A stretch of DNA of 12,748 bases from Conexivisphaerales archaeon (lineage in GTDB: Archaea; Thermoproteota; Nitrososphaeria; Conexivisphaerales; DTJL01). Positions 6,819 to 12,748 of this stretch are shown here, one piece after another; positions within the stretch are counted from its first letter, which is position 1; every line of letters begins with the position of its first letter. The position numbers and the translations under genes were made by a program. The notes under the pieces are model-generated. The model worked only from the letters and a program-made list of their open reading frames with translations, was not told the DNA's origin and did not search any database. Location: contig JBEKZX010000043.1 of assembly GCA_049509455.1 (NCBI GenBank), positions 1-12,748 of the forward strand, in the 5' to 3' direction.

Positions 6819-7832
6819 TTGAAGGGGCTGAACGCGGAGTCCGAGCTTTCGCTGTCCTTGATAATTCGGGACTTCGCATATGAGAAACTCTCCAAGGTCG
6901 TCTCCATCCAGGAGAAGTTCTCCAACCACTACTTCTTCGATCCACCCCTCGACAAGGAGCTCCCCGTCCCCTACCACAACATCCTCAACGCGCTCGCCGC
7001 CCTCGAGAACTGGGGCTACATGGCCAGCTTAAAGTCGGTCACGCGCTACTGCGTCGAATGCTTCACCATGGGGCTCAACGTGGCTGGAAGGTGCCCGTTC
7101 TGCGGCTCCACCCGCATCAAGAAGGGGAGGATGTTCGCCCACAAGTGCGGCTACAGGGGGTTCGAGGAGATCTTCCGGATGGGAGACAAGTGGGTCTGCC
7201 CCAAGTGCCAGAAGCAGCTCTACATGGAGGGGGGCGACTACAAGGACGAGGGAAGTCAGTTCAAGTGCATGACCTGCGGGAACATCTTCGAGAACTTCGC
7301 CACGTTCTACCAGTGCCCCAACTGCCACACTTACTATGAGGAGGCGCAGGCTCCCTCCATCGAGTTCGTGACGTACAACCCCACCAACACCATGACCATG
7401 AGGAAGGGGACGATCAAGAGCGCCTACGACGTGACCGAGAGGGTGGCCCAGTACCTCCAGAAGTCGGGCTTCGAGCAAAAGATGTATTCGCTGACCGAGA
7501 TGAAGGAGGAGTTCTACTTTTGGGACGTAGTCGCCCAGAAGGGAAAGGAGCCGGGCACGGCGGTAGGCGTCGGCACCCTCCCGCTCTTCGACATCGTCGA
7601 CGACGATTTCGAGAAGGAGCTCATCGACAAGAAGGAGAGGTCGGACTTCGCATCGGCCCTCTACATCACTCCGGCCCAGGTGGCCAAGGGGCCCGTCGCC
7701 AAGATGAAGTCTAAGAACATCTTCATCGTGGACCCGAGGTTCGAGACGCTGATGAACGAGGATATCCTGAAAGAATATGTGGACCCGCTTCTGAACGTGG
7801 GCAAGGGGCGCGGACGCGCTCCTCGTGTCTAG
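6819..7832 (+). CDS. TackOD1-like (thaumarchaeal output domain) multi-Zn-ribbon protein
   Basis: CVEC, CPFCGS, HKCG, CPKC..L...GGDY.D.G..FKCMTCG, CPNC series. The C-terminal alpha/beta region with WDVVAQK resembles a restriction-endonuclease-like fold (weak). Confidence 0.75.
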   Translation: MKGLNAESELSLSLIIRDFAYEKLSKVVSIQEKFSNHYFFDPPLDKELPVPYHNILNALAALENWGYMASLKSVTRYCVECFTMGLNVAGRCPFCGSTRIKKGRMFAHKCGYRGFEEIFRMGDKWVCPKCQKQLYMEGGDYKDEGSQFKCMTCGNIFENFATFYQCPNCHTYYEEAQAPSIEFVTYNPTNTMTMRKGTIKSAYDVTERVAQYLQKSGFEQKMYSLTEMKEEFYFWDVVAQKGKEPGTAVGVGTLPLFDIVDDDFEKELIDKKERSDFASALYITPAQVAKGPVAKMKSKNIFIVDPRFETLMNEDILKEYVDPLLNVGKGRGRAPRV

Positions 7833-9832
7833 AACTCTGAAGACTTCTTGCTCAGCTGAGAGTAGGCCTTCCGCCCCTGGGGCGTTATCGTGACCAGGCT
7901 CTTGAAGCCGCCCTTCTCGCCCTTCTGTTCTACCGTAGCGTGGCCGATCTTCGTCAATATCCCCAGGATCTTCTCGAACTCGCTGGCGTCGAGGCCGGTG
8001 CTGCTAAGCAGGACGCTCTGCTCGACGGGGTCGTTGGCCTCCGACAGGCTCTTGAGGATCTTGAAGCTACCGGACTCCAGGAACTTCAGCGGCGGGGCCA
8101 CCGGCACGGTCGGCGCCGCGAGAGACTTCGCTTCGCCTGTCCTGGGCACCCCAGCGTCGACGACGGTGGTGCCACCTCCCTCGACGGTGGGGACCTCCTT
8201 AACCGCCTCCACTTCGATGCCGAGCCTGCGAAAGAGGCTCTTCGCGTCCACATAGTACTCCGTGATGTACTTGAAGACCTCCTTCACGTTCCGGATGTTG
8301 TTCCCCTGCATCCACTTGAGGAGCGCCTTCCTCTTCTGGATCTCCTCCAGCATGTCGCCGAAGCTCCTCCCGGTCCTGTACGCGAACCTGTGGAGCATGA
8401 CCGACCTCTTCGTGTAGTTGTAGTAGAGGTCCTCCGTGGGCGACCATTCGAACACCGGGACGTACTTGTTGAAGTCCTCGACCTCCCAGACGGTGGTGAT
8501 GCGCCTGCCGAAGGGGACGCCCGCCACGCTCTTGGGGAGCATCACCCTCTCTAGCATGACGGCGACGTTCATGAGGGGGATGTAGCTCTCGGCGACGTTC
8601 ATGGGCGGGCTGGTGAGCCTCTTCACCGCGGAATCGAACGACTCCCCGTGGATCGTGCAGAGGCCTCCGTGGCCCGTGGCCACGGCCTGGAACAGCACGA
8701 ACGCCTCCTCTCCCCTGACCTCTCCTACGACCAGGAAGTCGGGCCTGTACCTGAGGGAGGTCTTGACGAGGTCGAAGAGGGACACCTCGCCTATCTTGGA
8801 GCCGGTCATGCCGTAGCTCTCCCTGCTGGTGAACTGCACCCAGTTCTCCGTGGGGATGTTGATTTCGGCAGTCTCCTCCACCGTGACGACCTTGTAGCCC
8901 GGCTTGATGAGGCCGGCTATAGCGTTGAGGAGGGTGGTCTTGCCCGCGGCCGTGCCTCCGATGACCAGCATGGAGGCCCTGTTCTCCATCATGAGCCAGA
9001 AGTAGGCGGCTATCTCGTCGTTGACGGTGCCCAGGTTCATCAGGTCGACGATCGAATACGGCTCCTCCCTGAACTTCCTGATGGTGAACGTCGAACCCTT
9101 GGGCGACACCTCCTCCCTGAAGCTGGCCGCCAGCCTGTGCTTCCCGAATATCATGGCGTCGACGATGGGGAAGGCGGACGAGACGTGCTTCCCGGACTTG
9201 TGGGCGAGCTTGACGATGAAGTCGTCGAGGAGCTCCTTGTCGACGAACTTGACGTTGGTGGGGATGGACTCGTACCTCCTGTGCCAGACGTACATGGGGG
9301 CCATGACGCCGTCGCAGGAGATGTCCTCTATCCTCCAGTCGGCCATGATGGCGTGTATGGGGCCGTAGCCGAGGAGGTCCCTCTCGATATAGTAATAGAT
9401 CTTGTCCCTCCTCTCGGGGTTCCTGAGCATGGGGAACCTGCCGCTGTACTTGTCCAGGATCCTCTTCGCCTCCTTGAGGACGGCCTTCCTTACGTCCTCC
9501 TCCTTGCCGATGGCCATGGGGTTGATCTCGACCGACACGAAGGAGATGACCTTGTCTAGGAGCTTCTGCTCGCTTGGTGTCAGCTGGACCTCCTGGACGA
9601 AATACTCCAGAGAGCCACCCTGCTCCGGCATCTTGGCGATGGCGATGCCCGCGAACGGCTCCCTCACCCAGTACTTCTCGATCACCTGTGCGGACTCGGG
9701 GAGAGGTTCGGAGATGTATCCGTACGGGGCCGACTCCTTGAGCTTCTCCATGGGCGTCATGTTGGCCTTCGCTTCGGCTGCAGCCGCGGCCACCTTCTTC
9801 TTGTTCGCGAACATGCCCTTCAGACTGGCCAT
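7829..9832 (-). CDS. archaeal type II/IV secretion system ATPase (TadA/FlaI/PilB-like) with C-terminal winged-helix domain
   Basis: IEDISCDG, Walker A GGTAAGKTT, TVEETAE Asp box, LRYRPDFLVVGEVRG, TGHGGLCTIHG His box. Tail KILKSLSE...EFEKILGILTKIG...VTITPQGRKAY is wHTH-like. Confidence 0.93.
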   Translation of the reverse strand: MASLKGMFANKKKVAAAAAEAKANMTPMEKLKESAPYGYISEPLPESAQVIEKYWVREPFAGIAIAKMPEQGGSLEYFVQEVQLTPSEQKLLDKVISFVSVEINPMAIGKEEDVRKAVLKEAKRILDKYSGRFPMLRNPERRDKIYYYIERDLLGYGPIHAIMADWRIEDISCDGVMAPMYVWHRRYESIPTNVKFVDKELLDDFIVKLAHKSGKHVSSAFPIVDAMIFGKHRLAASFREEVSPKGSTFTIRKFREEPYSIVDLMNLGTVNDEIAAYFWLMMENRASMLVIGGTAAGKTTLLNAIAGLIKPGYKVVTVEETAEINIPTENWVQFTSRESYGMTGSKIGEVSLFDLVKTSLRYRPDFLVVGEVRGEEAFVLFQAVATGHGGLCTIHGESFDSAVKRLTSPPMNVAESYIPLMNVAVMLERVMLPKSVAGVPFGRRITTVWEVEDFNKYVPVFEWSPTEDLYYNYTKRSVMLHRFAYRTGRSFGDMLEEIQKRKALLKWMQGNNIRNVKEVFKYITEYYVDAKSLFRRLGIEVEAVKEVPTVEGGGTTVVDAGVPRTGEAKSLAAPTVPVAPPLKFLESGSFKILKSLSEANDPVEQSVLLSSTGLDASEFEKILGILTKIGHATVEQKGEKGGFKSLVTITPQGRKAYSQLSKKSSEF

Positions 9833-9910
9833 CGCTATCAAGATAACGATAATCAGTGGTCGATAGATAAGGATGCTGTTAAGATAGGACTTGAGCGGAT
9901 GGTCTAATCT

Positions 9911-10192
9911 GGTTCTGGCTCGAATTGAACGGCCTCCAGAAGCTGCCGCACGCCCGTGAGAACCTACGGCCGGCTCCTAAGGGCTGTCAAGGATGCGCGT
10001 GTCTTCAGGAGGAATAGGGGACCTTTGGGGACAGAGGTCCTTGCCTGCCTGCTTTACATGAGTGGACTCTCCTACGGGGGATGACGTACCAGAGGGCTCT
10101 GATAGATACTAGCCACGTGGCCGTGCATTGCTGGGTCCACGCCCTGAAGGATGGTATTCCGCCCCCCGAAGAGGGAAAGGAGGGTGGTCGCC
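9911..10192 (+). mobile_element. IS6-family remnant: left terminal IR and frameshifted transposase N-terminus
   Basis: Starts GGTTCTGGCTCGAATT (IS6-type GG..CTG end). GTG 9956 then VFRRNRGPLGTEVLACLLYMSGLSY / (shift in G5 run) MTYQRALIDTSHVAVHCWVHALKDGIPP / (shift in C6 run) PKRERRVVA. Stops just before the expected first catalytic Asp; no right IR. Confidence 0.75.
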
Positions 10193-10203
10193 GGGCGAGG
10201 TCT

Positions 10204-11544
10204 TCAGTGCCCGAAGGTGATCTCGGCGGGCTCGTAGTCCTTGAGCTTGCCCTGGTTGAACTCATCGTAGGCGCTGAGGTCAAGGAGGCCGTGGCCGCTC
10301 AGGTTGAAGAAGATCACCTTCTTCTCCCCCGTCCTCTTGCACTCCAGGGCCTCGTCGATGGCGACCTTTATGGCATGGGCCGACTCCGGCGCCGGTATGA
10401 TGCCGGTCGCGGAGGCGAACATGGTTCCGGCCCTGAACACCTCATTCTGATGGAGCGCCCTCGACTCCACCACCTTCTGGTTGACAAGGAGGCTCAGCGA
10501 CGGGGCCTTTCCGTGGTACCTCAGGCCTCCGGCGTGGATCGGCGGGGGAGTGTAGTCGTGTCCCAGGGTGTACATCTTCAGCAGGGGCGTCAGGCCGGCG
10601 GTGTCACCGTAGTCGTAGGCGTAGACGCCTCGGGTGGTGGAGGGGGTCGCCTTCGGCTCGACCGCGACGTACCTGGTCTCCCTCTTCCTCCCCTGCAGCT
10701 TGTCCTGAAGGAAGGGGTACGACGCACCGGCGAAGTTGGAGCCTCCGCCGATGCACCCTATGACGACGTCCGGGTAGCGGTCCAACATCTCCATCTGCTT
10801 CTTCGCCTCCTGCCCGATGATCGTCTGATGGAGGAGGACGTGGTTGAGCACGGAGCCCAGGCTGTAGCGGGTGTCCTCTCTTGAGAGAGTGTCCTCGAGG
10901 GCCTCGCTGATGGCCACCCCCAGCGACCCGGGGTGGTCGGGGAACTTGGCGAGGAGCTCCCTGCCGAACTTCGTGGCGGTGCTGGGTGAGGGGAGGACCT
11001 TCGCCCCCCACGTCTCCATCATGATGCGGCGGCCGGGCTTCTGCTGGTAGGAGACCTTCACCATGTAGACGCCGCACTTCATCCCGAAGAAGGTCGTCGA
11101 GAGCGCGAGCGCCGAGCCCCACTGGCCGGCCCCCGTTTCGGTGACCAGCCGCTCCACCCCCTGCTTCCTGTTGTAGTAAGCCTGGGCCAGGGCCGTGTTG
11201 ATCTTGTGGCTTCCCCCGGGGTTGACCGACTCGTTCTTGAAGTAGATCTCCGCGGGGGTGTTGAGGATCTCCTCCAGCCTCTTCGCCCTCATCAGGGGGG
11301 TGGGCCGGCCCACTGCCATGTAGGCTTCGAGGACCTCCTCGGGGATCTTGATGTGAGATTCGGAGGACATCTCCTGCCTTATCAGCTCCCTGGCGAAGAT
11401 GCGCTCCAGCTTCTGCGGGGACACCGGCTCCTTGGTCTCCCCATCCAGCGGGGGAGGGAGCGGGACGGGGAGGTCGGGGAGTATGTTGTACCACGAGGTG
11501 GGGATCTCCTCCTGCGGAAGGTGGACTACGACAGTGACGGCCAT
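10204..11544 (-). CDS. trpB2: TrpB2 (tryptophan synthase beta chain-like PLP enzyme), stand-alone
   Basis: [14 protein letters not shown]-terminus, PLP Lys motif [56 protein letters not shown]. Confidence 0.96.
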   Translation of the reverse strand: MAVTVVVHLPQEEIPTSWYNILPDLPVPLPPPLDGETKEPVSPQKLERIFARELIRQEMSSESHIKIPEEVLEAYMAVGRPTPLMRAKRLEEILNTPAEIYFKNESVNPGGSHKINTALAQAYYNRKQGVERLVTETGAGQWGSALALSTTFFGMKCGVYMVKVSYQQKPGRRIMMETWGAKVLPSPSTATKFGRELLAKFPDHPGSLGVAISEALEDTLSREDTRYSLGSVLNHVLLHQTIIGQEAKKQMEMLDRYPDVVIGCIGGGSNFAGASYPFLQDKLQGRKRETRYVAVEPKATPSTTRGVYAYDYGDTAGLTPLLKMYTLGHDYTPPPIHAGGLRYHGKAPSLSLLVNQKVVESRALHQNEVFRAGTMFASATGIIPAPESAHAIKVAIDEALECKRTGEKKVIFFNLSGHGLLDLSAYDEFNQGKLKDYEPAEITFGH

Positions 11545-11559
11545 GCTTGTTCTGCGTCG

Positions 11560-11919
11560 TCATTTACTGGGCGTTATATAAGTTTTATGAGGTGTAAGGT
11601 ACGTTAATGCGCACTGCCAAGCCGAGGCCAACGGTCTGAAAAGGAGGATGGATTTGGCGATAACTTCCCTGGAAATACCCCACTTAGCGTGGGGTTTAGC
11701 GGCCTCTTCGGTAGGTTTGGCTTCCTTGAAAAGCATCCACTTCGTAACGGCGAGCTTCGAGCCTGCCTCTGTGTTGATCTTTCCGCCTTGCTCGTCGGCC
11801 AGGTCAAGGGGGTTTCCCGCGCTTTCCCGCGCGAGTAGGGTCGGCTCTTGGTTATCCGGGTGGGCTTGAGAGCCGAGTGAAGCGTCTCCTTGAGCTATGC
11901 CTAGGTTAGGTTCCGACAT
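11560..11919 (-). CDS. hypothetical ORF (MSEPNLG...), weak HTH-like segment
   Basis: Open frame containing EEAAKPHAKWGISREVIAKSI. Its 3' end runs over the trpB2 promoter, so it may be decayed or spurious. Confidence 0.25.
   Translation of the reverse strand: MSEPNLGIAQGDASLGSQAHPDNQEPTLLARESAGNPLDLADEQGGKINTEAGSKLAVTKWMLFKEAKPTEEAAKPHAKWGISREVIAKSILLFRPLASAWQCALTYLTPHKTYITPSK
11574..11581 (-). promoter_or_regulatory. TATA box of trpB2
   Basis: TTATATAA 29 bp before ATG 11544, with A-rich BRE-like ATAAAAC immediately 5' on the minus strand. Confidence 0.75.
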
Positions 11920-11938
11920 CTGGACCACTTGTGGAAAA

Positions 11939-12081
11939 AGGAGAGGGGTCAGGGTGTTACCAAGTTATACCGCATCCCACTCCGGCGTTTCCAGCGGATT
12001 TGTTGGGGAGGGGGGTGGCCTCGGTTCCCTGACAGGTCGGCGGGACCAATTCTTCTGCCGGACCTGCGCCTGTTTCCCCTC
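11939..12081 (+). repeat. 143-bp structured direct repeat, copy R1
   Basis: 111/124 identical to R2 outside a 19-nt variable segment (11978-11996). Hairpin CAGGTC-GGCGGGA/TTCTGCC-G-GACCTG at 12033-12066. Confidence 0.92.
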
Positions 12082-12139
12082 TGTGCGCCCTATGGCATTA
12101 GCCTGACCCACCCCCCCTCCCCCCTAAAATCGCTGGAAT
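11987..12139. other. inverted pair of TTCCAGCG-N8-GGGGAGGGGGG(G)TGG elements (ORB-like, G-strings facing inward)
   Basis: Plus copy 11987-12018; minus copy about 12107-12139. The intervening 95 bp is about 63% GC. Confidence 0.55.
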
Positions 12140-12386
12140 CGCTGGCTTCTCCCCAAGTAGGCCGCTGGAAACGCTGGAAACGTTGGAAACGCTGGTCGCG
12201 GCTAATGGTATCGTTTACTTAACCCGTTATCTCATTAGCGCGTGAGCATCATGTCGGAGCCACTTGACAAGCCAGCGGGGAACGCCGAGGCAACCGCTGG
12301 CCCTCCCGCTGGAAACGCTGGCCACCCAGCGCACCCGAAGAAGACCAGCGCTGGAAGCCCTAAACCCGCGCTGGAAACGCTGGCTC
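12131..12386 (+). repeat. iteron-like cluster of CGCTGG(AAA) motifs with 9-bp period
   Basis: Copies at 12131, 12140, 12163, 12172, 12181 (CGTTGG), 12190, 12295, 12307, 12316, 12349, 12369 and 12378, plus opposite-strand copies at 12272, 12326 and 12345. Confidence 0.85.
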
Positions 12387-12724
12387 CGGGAAAGGACGGT
12401 AGCGAGACGGCCAAACCCTCAGGGGGACCGGAAACTGACAAGGGTGGGCAGGCAGGAGGACCCGCGGCCTCCTCGGAAGAAGGGAAGCAAGCGACTCTGC
12501 CACCGCTCGACGACAATGACAAGCAAGCAATAGCCTTTCTCCGTGTGAAAGGCGTCTCACAGAACGCAATTGTCGGCATCTATGGTCCCGGGAGGAGGAG
12601 AGGGGTCGGGGTGTTACGAAGTAATACCGCATCCGGCGGAGTGGCCCTGGACGATTTGTTGGGGAGGGGGGGTGGCCCCGGTTCCTTGACAGGTCGGGCG
12701 GTCGAATTCTTCTGCCGGGCCTAA
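12251..12724 (+). CDS. hypothetical ORF: low-complexity N-terminus, HTH-like segment, 3' end inside repeat R2
   Basis: LDDNDKQAIAFLRVKGVSQNAIVGIYG resembles a helix-turn-helix. The last about 42 codons are R2 sequence. Confidence 0.35.
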   Translation: MSEPLDKPAGNAEATAGPPAGNAGHPAHPKKTSAGSPKPALETLAPGKDGSETAKPSGGPETDKGGQAGGPAASSEEGKQATLPPLDDNDKQAIAFLRVKGVSQNAIVGIYGPGRRRGVGVLRSNTASGGVALDDLLGRGGGPGSLTGRAVEFFCRA

Positions 12725-12738
12725 GCCTGTTTTCCCTC
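12596..12738 (+). repeat. 143-bp structured direct repeat, copy R2
   Basis: 657 bp downstream of R1. Hairpin retained as AGGTC-G-GGCGG/CTGCC-G-GGCCT at 12691-12722. May extend past the window end. Confidence 0.92.
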
Positions 12739-12748
12739 CGGCTCCTCT

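Noticed and set aside
7029-11607. Long antisense and alternate-frame ORFs (7029-7478, 7940-8554, 8648-9559, 10081-10884, 10604-11563, 11206-11607)
   Set aside because: Shadow frames of high-GC3 genes with biased composition and no motifs. The exception is the first about 30 codons of 10081, which are the IS6 remnant.
11900-11910. CCTAGGTTAGG matching part of the nirK palindrome
   Set aside because: Only 11 bp, not palindromic here, and inside an ORF; chance level.

Overview
Archaeal genomic window, most likely Nitrososphaerota/Thaumarchaeota. This is inferred from a TackOD1-like protein, a solo TrpB2, an HTH_10 regulator, TATA boxes about 25-30 bp before start codons and a GGAGGTG SD. It has three parts. 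(1) 1-5450 is an accessory region of small stress/redox modules: gene remnants, DUF1801, a Zn-ribbon hypothetical, DoxX, and a Cys-rich HTH_10 regulator plus nirK with an in-frame cupredoxin tail cut off by two TAG codons. Four same-strand copies of an unexplained repeat (28-bp core TTTCTTTTCCAGCAGCAATAGATATCCA) punctuate it, one after each module, giving a cassette-array-like layout. (2) 5600-11580 is core-like: TerC, a TackOD1 Zn-ribbon protein, a type II/IV secretion ATPase with a C-terminal wHTH, an IS6 remnant, and TrpB2. (3) 11580-12748 is repeat-dense. It holds two 143-bp structured direct repeats, an inverted pair of TTCCAGCG+G-string (ORB-like) elements, about 12 iteron-like CGCTGG(AAA) motifs, and two weak divergent ORFs. 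No tRNA, rRNA, CRISPR array or recombinase gene was recognised.
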